Shown in pieces: positions 1 to 11,900 of a DNA stretch of 20,000 bases. Origin of the DNA: Elsinoe ampelina (Eukaryota); the NCBI GenBank assembly GCA_010093995.1, contig ML992503.1, positions 2,246,369 through 2,266,368 of the forward strand. Reading direction: 5' to 3'. The position numbers and the translations under genes are program-made. Position 1 is the first letter of the stretch. The number at the start of each line of letters is the position of its first letter. The notes below the pieces were generated by a model that did no database searches, was not told the origin of the DNA, and saw only the letters and a list, made by a program, of their open reading frames with translations.

Positions 1-23
1 GCCACGACTGAAGCGAGATGCAG

Positions 24-908
24 GCAGACAAGCTTTTCCGCATGCCTGTAGCGCACAAGGAGCAGATTGCACATCAGCCAGGACCAAACCCACAGCGGGG
101 TTGGAGCGGTGTCGGATCAGAGAATGCAGCAAAGCTCTACGCTGCATTGCAGGGTCTTGATGACCAGATCGGAAAGGCCGACTCCAGGGTGAGCACATGC
201 GTCAGCAGATCGTCTCGAATGAATGGAGCACTGATTGTTGCAAAGGAGCACTTCGATCAGGGGTGCAGGGATGATGTCGTGTTTCCGAACCGGTGGCCAG
301 AAGATGCACATCTACCCGGCTTTCGGCCATTTGCCGAGTCAGCTTACCTCGCCTTGCACAAGGTCCGCAATCTGATTCTCAAGGCTTTGGAACTCGCGTA
401 CAGCTTACCGACTGGATCCTTCACGGATAGGTGCATGGATAGTGCGGATGAGCTCCGATTTAACCATTATCCAGCCATGAACGTCGCGGAGATGGACAAG
501 GGCCACGTCAGTCGCATTTGGCCTCACACGGACCTCGGTGTAATTACATGTCTCTTCCAGGATGATGTAGGCGGTCTGGAGATAGAGGATCGCGCCAGTA
601 TCGGCTCATTCCTGCCTGTAGTGCGCGGCAGTGCGGAGGAAATGATAGTGAGCGTTAGCGAGACGCTTGAAAGGTGGACCAACGGGAAGCTGAAAGCGGG
701 TGTTCATCAAGTCACGATTCCTGCATACTTGAAGGGCACCGTAACAGGATGGGTGCCAGCAAGGATGTCCGTACCGTATTTCGTCAAGGCCGACAGGAAT
801 GCCAGCGCAGGACCATTGCCAGAGTTCCTGGCAGGTGGAGAGGCGCCACGATTCGATGAGATGACGGCCCTGGAGTACCACATGCACCGGGTGGCAACAG
901 CGTATTGA
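24..908 (+). CDS. Fe(II)/2-oxoglutarate-dependent dioxygenase, IPNS-like (DIOX_N + 2OG-FeII_Oxy); 5'-partial. Visible exons 24-188 and 246-908
   Basis: Facial triad H-T-D (525-533) plus distal His in AGVHQV (705-707); 2OG-binding RxS motif (RMS, 762-770); family motifs RGWS, FPNRWP, LPGFR, LRFNHYP, FQDDVGGLEI and ERWTNG. The ATG at 18 follows an in-frame TGA (9-11) and lies in an intron tail (CTGA branch-like 8-11, CAG acceptor 21-23), so the true start is upstream of the window. Confidence 0.92.
   Translation, partial: ADKLFRMPVAHKEQIAHQPGPNPQRGWSGVGSENAAKLYAALQGLDDQIGKADSRVSTCVSRSSRMNGALIVAKEHFDQGCRDDVVFPNRWPEDAHLPGFRPFAESAYLALHKVRNLILKALELAYSLPTGSFTDRCMDSADELRFNHYPAMNVAEMDKGHVSRIWPHTDLGVITCLFQDDVGGLEIEDRASIGSFLPVVRGSAEEMIVSVSETLERWTNGKLKAGVHQVTIPAYLKGTVTGWVPARMSVPYFVKADRNASAGPLPEFLAGGEAPRFDEMTALEYHMHRVATAY
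189..245 (+). other. 57-nt spliceosomal intron, in frame and stop-free, within the dioxygenase
   Basis: GTGAGC donor at 189, CTGAT branch at 231-235, AAG acceptor ending 245. Removal deletes the non-homologous VSTCVSRSSRMNGALIVAK and restores the family pattern D-S-R-E-H-F-D-Q-G. Confidence 0.85.
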
Positions 909-1766
909 GATGGCTGGCGTCCAGCTAGGTCAGATGTAGACTAGACAAGTCTTGTGTGTTGTGTAATACATTCTCAGCTGCCAAAGAGTGCGTCCATCGT
1001 TGGGGGGCGTGGGGCGACACGTGTCCAGGTCTACATGCACCCACTTGTGTTGCAAGATCGCAAGACGACCTTTTCGACAGCTCTCTGTCAGTAGTGAAAG
1101 AGATGAAGGCCGAGTTGTTGATGTACAAAATAACATTCGAAGTTGAAGCGGGCCGTAGGAAAGTGACCAGGGTGGGCAGAGACGAAAGAGGGCAAATAAC
1201 GCCATCGCCATGCAGCTTCCCGCTTCATGACCCATTGACCAAGTTTCCTCCTTGTCCCGCATCAAAGGACTGTTGCTAACCGAATCATCGACATCGTTAC
1301 GATGTTCCGGCATGACACTAATGCAACTCTTGACCGGTTGCGTGCATGAGGCGAAGGTCATTGGGTCTGATGAGCTAGTGCAGGCGTAGCTCAGCCGACT
1401 TGCTGCATGGCTACCCACCCGGCCTGTACCACATGCATGGCAGTGAGTATGGCCTCTCTCTTCTGATCATTGTGGTCAACAGAGCCGATCCATGTCAATA
1501 CTTGATGATATGAGTGGTCGAGATGTTGTCGGGCATCTTCCAATGAGGTCCGACCACAGGTGAGCTGGACCACGACTAAACCACCCCTCCACGCTTCTCA
1601 TGCCGAGATCCTGGTTGAGAGCAAAGCTCCATTGGGGCTGCCGTGGTCCCGCCATGACATACATGGAGCGCTTTGCAGATATTCATTACCACTAGGAGGA
1701 ACCGCTCTCATTGTTGCGCATGGCGACGTGGTCTGCGCAGCTCAAGCATGAGCTTCCGCATCCCTC

Positions 1767-2850
1767 ATGGAAGCGACCTTCGAAGATTTGTTGAATCTAC
1801 CGGACTCACCTATATCGGAACTACCATCTCCGCACCATACTTTGCAAGGGTCGCCAGAAGCCGGTCCAGAGGCATCTTCCACTACCGGGCGTGCCAGACG
1901 GAGTCGAGCACAGAAACGCAAAGCCCAAGATGATGACGACGAGGAAGAAGATTGGACAAAGGTACAGGACATGGCAGAAAGAAGAAAGATTCAGAACCGT
2001 AATGCTCAGAGGACATATCGTAAGCGCTTGTATGCCTCTCTGCTCGATCTTTTTCTGACTGCGACGAGGCAAGAAGAGAAAGCAGCCAAAGAACACTGCA
2101 GCTTCTTTGCCAACGGAGCAAGAGCCAAGGTCAGAAACAATGCATCGTACCTTGTCTCAACCCACCGCTGCGACGCCAGGCCCAGTGCAAGCACATGTGG
2201 ATACCCCCGTGGCTGGACAACGGGATGAGGCCGTCGAAGCTTCACTCGATGAGCTACCTAATACTGAAGACTTTATGTTTGATGCCGGTTTCTTCAGCAG
2301 CAACGACTTGAATTTGCTAGACCTTGACTTTGTCCAGACTGGTGGTACTATCAACAGCGTCCCAGAGCATAATGCAGGTCCCGCAGATCACGAGGGTCAA
2401 CCATCAGCCGTTCGTGTCGCTCCGCGGAGCCAACAGAGCCAACAAACGAAAGTGCGATCAGCCTTGCGGCTTGCCCTGCAGAATGGTCACTACTCGACTG
2501 CAAAGGTGCTTCTCAAAAATAGTCCAGCCCTTGTTGTCACACCCAAAGGAGAAGCGTCTATCCTTCAACAATTGAGGGACGCAGGACAACACGAACTATT
2601 GAGTGATCTTTGTACCGCACAGACAGCCGACGACTGTACAGTCATGCATCTTCTTGCAGCGAGCGGGAGCACTGCTGACATTGATATCCTTCTCGGAGGG
2701 ACTGTAGACCTGGAAGCAACAGATAGTGAAGGCAAGACCGCGCTGCACGTCGCAGCAGCCAACGGGCACACAGACGCTGTGAGACTACTTGCTTCAAAAG
2801 GGGCCAACATCAAAGCACTTGTTCGACCGAGGAACAACTCTGGAGCATAG
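1767..2850 (+). CDS. bZIP basic region + ankyrin-repeat (bANK) pathway-specific transcription factor, TOXE/Aps2-like; exons 1767-2019 and 2069-2850, ~344 aa
   Basis: Exon 1 encodes EDWTKVQDMAERRKIQNRNAQRTY. The intron 2020-2068 (GTAAGC...CTGAC...GAG) joins it in frame to give ...AQRTYRKKRKQ. No heptad leucine zipper follows. The C-terminus has ankyrin repeats (SALRLALQNGH, TVMHLLAASG, GKTALHVAAANGHTDAVRLLASKGANIKA). Confidence 0.9.
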
Positions 2851-2973
2851 GTGAATATGCTCATATCGAATATCGAAGGACGATTCAAATTCGCAAAACA
2901 GACCCCCAACTCAGACAAAGAATATAGCAAGCTGCAAAACCGAAAACCTCCCCAAAACAAAGTCCCAAGAGTA

Positions 2974-5900
2974 CTACGCCTCCAGCTCTATCCCAGGTGC
3001 TGTGAGCATTCCCGCCAACATGACCGCCTGATCTTTGAACGTGTGTCTCTGCAAAACATCCTCCACCACCACACCATAGCCCTGCCTCTGTAGCGATGTG
3101 GCCAAATATGCCGCCGAGACCAAATCACCTCCGACATCGAAGAAGGAGTCTGTCAATTGATACACTGTGCCCCTCTCGGCACGAAGAGCCTCCTTCCACA
3201 GCTCCTGCAGATTCGTCCGTATGCGTGCCACCATAGCTTCGTCAGAATTGCGCAGCCCAGCTGAGCTCTGCCGACCCTCACCCACCTCCCCGCTCCCCTC
3301 TGTCGTCATCATCAACCCTCCATTCGCCGGTAGCGGAAACACCGCCCTCCCCTCCTGCAAATCCATCCCCACCACCCTCTCCTCCCCATATAACACCCCA
3401 ACCTTCTCCTCAAACTTATCCACCATCACCCTCAAATGCCCCTCCCCGATCGCCTCACAAAGCGACACGATCCCCACCACCACCCGCTCATTCTCCACGG
3501 CCGTATGCACAGCCACATGCGCCATCTCCGCCGGACGACAAAAGCTCGCCGTCTCGTACCCCACATCCCCCAAACGGAAAGCAGGGGCGGAGCTGATATG
3601 GTCGTCGTGCTGGAATATCGAGCCGAATTTGACCCAGCTGGGCCAGGGGGTGCAGTGCTTGATGATGTCTCGGAGAGACGTCAGCTCGTAGGGGATGGTG
3701 TCGGAGAGTTGGCTTTGGACTTGGCTGAGCAGTTGGTGGGTGGTTTGCTCTGGGCGGAGTGAGATGCGGACGGGGATGATGTTGATGCATGCGCCGACGA
3801 CGGTGTCGATGCCGGCGAGGGGGAGGTTGCGGCCTGCTATGGTGACGAGGAAGGTGGCGTTGGGGATTTGGAGGAGGTCTATTAGGGTGAGGGCCCATGC
3901 TGTGCGCATGTATGTCGCTGTGGTGTGGCTGCGGGATGTGTTTGGGTGCAGGGGGAGCTTGCGGACCGCTTTGGGAAGTGCTCGGATGTTGAGTGGGTAA
4001 TTGGGTTGCTGGTGGTTGACCAGAGAGCTCGGGGAGGAATCCCTGAGATACGATTGCCAGTATTCTTTCCAGTCCGCTGGCTGCGAAGCCCGCAGCTGCT
4101 GAACGTAGGCGGGAAATGTGCTGCTGTTAGGTCTCCTTGCTTTGGCCTCGTAGTGGTCTGAGATGGACTGCCAGATCGATGGGACACACAAGCCATCGTA
4201 TTGAGCGTGAGATAGTCGGATGACTATGGTGTGCTCCTTCGTGTCGTTGTTGTTGATGATGAAGAACTTCAAAGACTTGTCGCTCAGATGGAGTGGTCGT
4301 TCGAGGTCCCGAGCGCAAATTGTTCTTGCCACTCGTCGAGTCTCCTCATGAGTCTCATAGCACTCCAATACAATACTCTCCATGGCCATTACCACTTGGA
4401 GAAGGCTTCCCTCGCACTGGACGAACCTCGTCCTCAACATTTCGCAGGACGCCGTCGTCTTGTTCAGCGCATCTTGGAAGCGATCCAAGTCGCATCCACC
4501 CCTCGCAGAGAACAGGAAGTAGCCCATAAGACCCCGGTTCATTCTCAACCCAGCAGCGATTGCTTGCTCTTGATATGCAGTAGTCGGATAGATGTCAACG
4601 ACTTGTGATGACTGGCAACCAAGCTGAGGACAGACGACCGTCTTGATAAATTTGCGGTGATCTGCAGCTGGGAGCATGGCGAAACGATGGTATCCCGGCC
4701 CATCGTCAATAGCATGAATTGGTTTCATCGCGAGAGCCAGATTGCTCAGTACCGGCGACCTGAAGATCTCCTTCACGGTGAGGGTAAAATCGCGATCGCG
4801 AAGATAGCCGACCAATCTCATAGCCAGAATAGAATCTCCACCCCTGCCGAAGAAGGTATCTGTGGCTCTGATGGTATCTACCGGCGCCCCCAAGATGAAA
4901 CACCAAGCATTGGCGAGAACGACCTCGTTCTGACCTGCAGGCGCACGGCCAGCTTGTCGGCTCTGACGGAAGTGATCCAGCTCAGAAGGTGGGAGGACCT
5001 CGAGTAGTCTACGAAGAGCTGCTCGATCTAGCTTCTGGTTGGCGTTGAGCGGTAACCTATTGACAGGGACGTAGAGTGATGGCTGCATGAACCTCGGCAG
5101 CTCTTCTTTGATGTCACTCCTCACACGATCGATGACTGCTTGATCTTCAGAGTTCAAAGTCAGAAGCTGACAAGACGTCGTTGTTCTAGAACATGCATCG
5201 TCACTGGCAGTCATGAATGCTGCCAGGAACGGTGCGGAGTCTGGCGTAGATTGAAACTTGTCGACAAGTACCTGCCAATTATCTGGCAGGCTCGATTTGA
5301 GAGCCGCCTCAACCTCATCAGGCTCAAAACGCTGGCTGCTGATCTTGATCTGATTATCTTTCCTGCCCACGAAGTCGAAAGTGCCGTCATGATTCTGGCG
5401 AACAAGATCGCCGGTCTTGTACAATCTTCGACATCCGCTTCTTGCAGCTTCTCTTGCCCACTTCGGGTCGGTGATGAATGCGGCCTCCGTTCTTGCTGGG
5501 TCGTTGAGATAGCCTTTCGCCAGTACTGGACCTTCGACGAGGAGCTCGCCAGTGCATCCCGGAGGTAGGAGAGTGTCATGATTATCAGGATCCACAACCC
5601 ACAATTGAGCTGTTAGACCTGATCCCAGTCTCTCCGGAGCGCGTGTAGCGCCATGGTCCGGATTGTAGATGCAGAACAATGAGCACTCTGCTGGGCCGTA
5701 TATGTTGATAAAGGCGTCACCAAGGGTATCCCATGTCGCCAAGATGGCTGTGTCGGCTTTCTCTCCACCAGTGACCATTGTACGAACACTGGGGAAATCT
5801 GTGGGCTTAAAGAGACCTAGGGTTCGTGGAGTCAGGAGCATCCAGTCTGGCTGCAGCTTGCGGGTAGAAACAGGTAAATTATCGTTCCTGTCGTCATCTG

Positions 5901-8900
5901 TAGGAATGCAGACTGTGCCGCCTCTCGTAAGTGGCATCAGAACCTCAGCTATCAAGACATCCCACGCCGGAGAGGAGAAGTGGAGTGTTCTCGTCCCTCT
6001 TTCAATGCCCAAAGCTGGTGCTTGTACAGACATGGCAGTACATATTGCCAGATGTTCGAGCACTATACCCTTCGGATTGCCAGTTGTACCTGATGTAAAG
6101 ACTACCATCGCTGGGGTATCTGGCGAAACTGGAGGACAGGGGAACGTTGCCTCAGCTGGACAGGTCTGGATGAACGTATCGTCAAGATTGATGATGTCGG
6201 TTCCCAAATTTGCAATCAATTGACTATACGCAGCAGTGGAGATCACCAGTCTTGCTCCAAGCTCTCCGAGTATCACCTCGGTGCGAGCCGCTTGATGTTC
6301 GGGGTCAAGCCCGACCATGGCTCCACCGGCCTTCATGATGCCCAGGAGAGCGACCACAAACCAAAGAGACTTGCCAATGTAGCTAGGAATAGTCTGGCCG
6401 GTTCGTATTCCACAAGTCCGCAGGTAGGAAGCTAACCGATCAGAGGTCTGATCCAGCTCTGCATAAGTCCAGGAGATACCATCGGCAACCAAGGCCAGAT
6501 CATGCGGATAGCATCGAGCATGCTGCATGAACAGCGCATGGATACACTGTGGCACTTCTGCGATCCGGCTCTCCTGATTTCTCAACTGCATGTCTCTCAG
6601 ATCCGGCGCCGAAACCAGATCAATGTCTGCCAGGGACCCAGCACGTTCAGAAGTGAGAAGCTGCCGCAGGATATGGCTGAATTGTCGGAGCATACTATTG
6701 ACCTCTTCACCTGAAACAAGATCCGGGAAATGGGTAGTGTCCACCGTTATACCATTGTCACCAATCTCGCAGCTCAGAGTCAAAGGATGAGTGTAGAAGG
6801 CAGCATGAGACTCGGACCGGATGGCCTCAAGGATCGAATTATCTCTGGCTGCGTGTGATTGACCTTGTATCGACAGCAGAGTGCGAAATTGACATGCTTT
6901 TCGATGCTCGGTGCCCAATCGCATGATGCTCTGAAGTCCAATATGCTGATGAGGTAGCATATCAACGTAGAATTGCTGCACATTCTGGAGATAGTCGACA
7001 ATTGTCTGGTTTGCCTCGGCGCGGACGTGCATTGGCACAGAACAGAAAGTAGGTGCCAGAAGCTCCTCAATTCCGTCAACTGTGTCGTCCCTGCCGGACA
7101 AGATCTCACCGAAGATGGCTTCGCTTGATCCAAGCCTGGTCATCAGCGTCAAGCCAAGAGCTGCTCGAACCATGGTCGGTAGCGTGAAAGATGATTTGAC
7201 CAAACCCACTAACGAGATTGTTGTCCCGATCATCCTTGTCTCGTCATTCGGGCTGCTTATGCTGTTTCCAAGCGGATAATGAGCAGATCCAGAATGCGAA
7301 AGTCTAGTCGACCAAAAACCCTTGCTTTCCTCCAAGTGCAACGCAATGTGCTTCACAAAGCCTTTGAGGCTCGTTTTAGCGTCGTTCGAAGTTGTGTATG
7401 GCGTAGTGTATGCATTTTCGATGGCAGACAGAGTAAGAGCAAATGAAACACCATCGTAGGAAGCATGATGCCTGGTCCAGACGAAGAACATCCGACTCCC
7501 TTCTGTGACAAGAGCCCAGCGTACCAGCGGTTGGCCTAGCAGTACCGGCCTCGCTTTGTCCAGAGCGAGGTACGATTCGAGATTTTCATCATGGTGCCAA
7601 GTTGTGCTTCTCCGTAATACCAACTGATGAAGACCTCCGCCTGACAAATCCACTAAGCAAGTTTTCAAGATACTACTAGCTCGAATCACCTCAGCACATG
7701 CGGCCTTGAATCGATCCAGGTCGACTCCTGATCGGACTTCGAATATGTCCTGCGCAGTATACACTCCAGGATTATTCATTGACGAATACATCAGACCCTC
7801 TTGAAGAGGTGTAGCTGGATACAGATCTTCAATCACATCCTCTGAAATGTTGTACTTTTCCTCCATGTGCCGAATATGTTGAGGGTCGAGTCCACGTTGG
7901 TAGGTCCGCATTTCAGCGCCCGGTTGCGTGTCCAGTGCATCAGAGCTCAACATGCGTTGGGCCATATCTTTGAGTCGACGATGCTTGAAGATGCTCTGAA
8001 CTGACAGCTGCTTACCACGCTTGCGAGCCACAGCCGCCAGTCTCATGGCAGTGATGGAGTCGCCGCCTAGAACGATGAAGTCGCTGGTGCTTTTGATGTG
8101 TTCCTTGTCTAGCTTGAGAACAACGGACCACATCTCTCGCAACACTGATTCACCTCCAGTCAAATCATGACTATCCGCGTGTGGGCAATTGTCGAATCCT
8201 GCGAGATCGAGAACGGACAGCCCTAATCCAAAGTCCTGCAGCGCTTTCCTGTCAATCTTGGAAGAAGAGTTGAGCGGAATTCTATCTAACCAAATGTATC
8301 TCGTTGGTGTCATGTAATTGGGCAACTTCTCTGATATCACGGATTCAAGCTTGCGCTGAACATCGTTAAGGTCTTCCGTGGCTGGGATGGTGTGACAGCT
8401 CTCGCCAACTGCTCCCTGCTTTGGCTCTTTGAAGTGCGTGGACAAGAAGGCCATCAATTCAGCAGCCTGGTTGCCATCTCTTGGTGTGATGACAAGAGCA
8501 ACAACCTTTAAATCCGGGCTGTGCTGTCGGATCTGATGCTCAACTTCGGAAAGCTCAATCCTTTGACCACGCAGCTTCACTTGCCTATCTTTCCTGCCGA
8601 GGATACGCAGTGTACCATCGACATCTTTTCGAATGAGATCTCCAGTTTTGTACATTCTGCGATCCTCATGCCCTGTTCCCAGCACTGCGGCGGTCCACCT
8701 CATGTCCGATGCGGTAACAAATTGATCTGCGTGCCGATCGTGCAAATAACCTCGAGCAAGTGTCGGTCCTTCTATGAGCATCTCTCCGACAGCACCAGGT
8801 GGAACAAGCCTATTATGATCATTTTGATCGACGACCCAGCACAAGCTGCCCAGCGGTCTCCCGATACAATTCCGAGGGGTGGCGTGCAACATACGTCCTC

Positions 8901-11900
8901 CAATGCAAGTGGTAGTTTCTGCTGGACCAGAACACTGATAAAGTTCCACTCCGTCTAACCAAGTGTCTACAGTTTCTTGCCCGACAAATTCGCCGCCAAT
9001 GACGACTGTCTTGAGCGTTGGTACATCAGACGGCTGGAAGGTAGACAATGTAGATGGAGTAAAGAAAGCCCAGTTGCAGCCCATAGCGGTCAGGGATTCA
9101 GCTAGCCGATTCAAGCGATCGGATTCGGAAGGTATGCACACGCAGCCACCCATAACAAGCGTTGTGCAGATATCGTACAGGGCCATGTCGAATGCAAATG
9201 AAGCAAATTGGTACACTCTAGAAGCGGAGTCCAGACCGAAGGCTGGGCCGTGAGCCAGCATGCTCGTCGCAAGCGCTTGATGTTGAAGTACAATCCCCTT
9301 CGGCACACCAGTTGACCCGGAGGTGAAAATCATGCAGGCAACATCGCGGGGGCTACCAAGGGGCAACGCTGCACCCCCAAGGGGTAGAGCGAGGAGGAAG
9401 TCCCAAGAGACCTCAACCACGACTTTGTTGTGTGCAAGAGACGCCAGAGTGGTCGGCGACGTGGTCAAAATCACTTCTGCCATCACTTCTTTGCTGATGT
9501 GTTGTAGTCTCTGGGACGGATGTGCTGGATCAAGCATGACAAAGGAAGCCCCCGCTTTCCACACCGCTAGCATGGACACCACGATCAGGCAAGTCTTCTC
9601 GAAGTGCAGTAGCACCACATGTTCTGGCATCATTCCGTCCTCCCGTAATTTGTGAGCCAGTCGTGATGAATGGTCATCTAGTTGTGCATAAGTCATTGTT
9701 CCATCCCAGGCCTCAACCGCTACTGTCTCGGGATGACTTTCGACTTGCGCCTGGATGAGATCGTGAACACGAAAGACTTTGGCTGGCGGCACGATACCCC
9801 CGTCGTTGTAGCTGAGGATGTTTGCGATGTCCTCGTTGGTAAGAACTTCAAGATCGCGAACAAGGCCATCGTGTGCGTTTGCTGACACCAGATGAGAAGC
9901 GACCCACTCGACCTCGAGAAGCATTCTGCGGAGCTGGGTAGCTTCCAGGATAGCAGAATTATAGCTTGCATTGATTGATATGCTTGAATCAATTTCTTGA
10001 GTGAATTGAAGCATCAGATCCGTCGGATTGAAGTGAGAAATGTCGCCAAGCATAGTATGATCGGCAAACAATACATCATTCAGTGGTCGCTGATGTTGAA
10101 CTTGTACCACTAGGAGAGTCGAGAAGTTGCAGGCGGCAGCTGCGTCTTTCGAAATGGCCTTGATCGTTTGCAGCCCGATGTGCTGATGGGTAGAGCCCTC
10201 CACAGTTTGCGCCTGAGTCATTGACAGCATTGAGTCGACGGTCTCATCATCTTGCCACGCCACACGTATCGGAACGGTAGCGAAGGTTGGCCCTGCGATG
10301 TTCTGGATACTAGGTACTGGTGCATCTCGCCCTGTGCGAGTAGTGCCGAATACAATGTCTTGAGAGGATGTGTAGCTGGAGACCACCACGGCCCACGCTG
10401 CTTGGAGAACAGTTGCAAGAGTAAAGCTGCTACGACTGTAATTTGGGACTTGTATGGTCATATCGAAGGAGTCCAGCGTTCTTGAGATGGTAGATTCTCT
10501 GCTCAAATTCGGGAATATGGTGGATGTCGCTGCCGAATGTTGAAAATAGGACCGCCAGAACTCACGAGAGGCAGAAGCGTCCATTTGGGACAGGTACTTG
10601 ATGAATAGACTGTATGATGCCAGCTGCGTCGTCGCAGTGCTACCCAGGTACAGTTGTGAAAGCCGCTCGAAAATCAGGTCAAGACTCCATCCGTCATACA
10701 GAGCATGATGAATGACGAGTTCGAAGGTTGCTCGGGTGCTGTCACTCCGGATTGCATACCTCATTAGCGGCTTTCCCTCTGTCATAGATCTACCAATGTC
10801 CTTGAAGATGGTGTTGGTGAGCCTCCTCTCACACGACAGGTCGCTTTCGTGCTTGAGTACTACTTGTAGCATGTCTGATTCGGTCTGAACGATTCTTGTT
10901 CGCAAAATGGGTGTTTCTTTAACAAGCTGTTGCCAGGCTCTCTCCAAATGATGCACATCTACCGTCGAATGCAGAGGTAAAGCCTGTGAGGAGATGTAGA
11001 ATGGTGGGTTTGCGACTGATATGGCCATCAAGTCTGCTTGTAAAGGGCTGCATGGGTACACATCCTCGATCTGGTGTAGTCCAACATCGCATGTTGCTGC
11101 AATCTGATTGAGATCGTATCCCTTGCGGTCCAGAAGCTCAAATGGTTCCACAACCGAAGGCAACAGGATCGCCGATCCCTCAATCCTTTCCGCGAGGTCA
11201 CACAGGATCGGATGATTGAAGATCAATTGTACCGTCAGGCCTATTTGATGAGGTGATCCTGAGGCAAGCGCTACCAATTGCATTGCTAGGACAGAATCCC
11301 CACCAGCATGGAAGAAATGAGTGCTTCTTCCCACGTTCTGGCAAGGTATCTTGAGCACCTTGGCAAAGAGCTCGGCTAGCACAGTCTCCCGGGGACTATC
11401 AATATGTCCGATTGAACCTTGATCATGAGGCCCTCTGCTGATGAAAAGAACGTCCCCGAGAGGGATTGTTGACCCAATCTCACGCAATGCCCGCCGATCC
11501 AGCTTGCCAGTAGTCCCAAGTGGCAATCGCTCAAGCGGGATCAATGCCGATGGGACCATATGTGCTGGAAGCTCCGCCTCAAGAGCTGCCCGCAGTTGCG
11601 TGATTCGCTGGGTCACATAGGTTCGAAGCCTGTCTACCCCATCGGACCAGGTGGCGAAGACAACCAAGCTGGATGTCTCAGAGCTCACTCTGAGAGCTAA
11701 GACTTCCGCGGCAAGCTCGTCGCAGTCTTGCAGATACTGGCGGACGCATGATTCAACGAAGTTCAGCTCGATCCTCTGACCTCGTAGCTTCGTTTGATTA
11801 TCTTTTCGCCCAATGATACAGATCGATCCGTCTGGGTTGAGCCGAGCAAGATCTCCTGTACGATAGAAGCGTCTACCATCTCCCGAAGCCCATGATAGAT

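Noticed and set aside
1443..1482. Intron-like GTGAGT...CTGAT...CAACAG upstream of the TF
   Set aside because: Only 40 nt and no convincing flanking coding exons; could be a 5' UTR intron but unsupported without RNA data.
925..1751. Short ORFs between the dioxygenase and the TF (930-1418 -, 956-1279 +, etc.), with fragments YINNSAF and WVHVDLDTCRPTP faintly like a hotdog thioesterase
   Set aside because: The fragments are in different frames and far too close together for that fold, with no coherent exon model. Treated as terminator/promoter DNA, though a decayed gene cannot be fully excluded.
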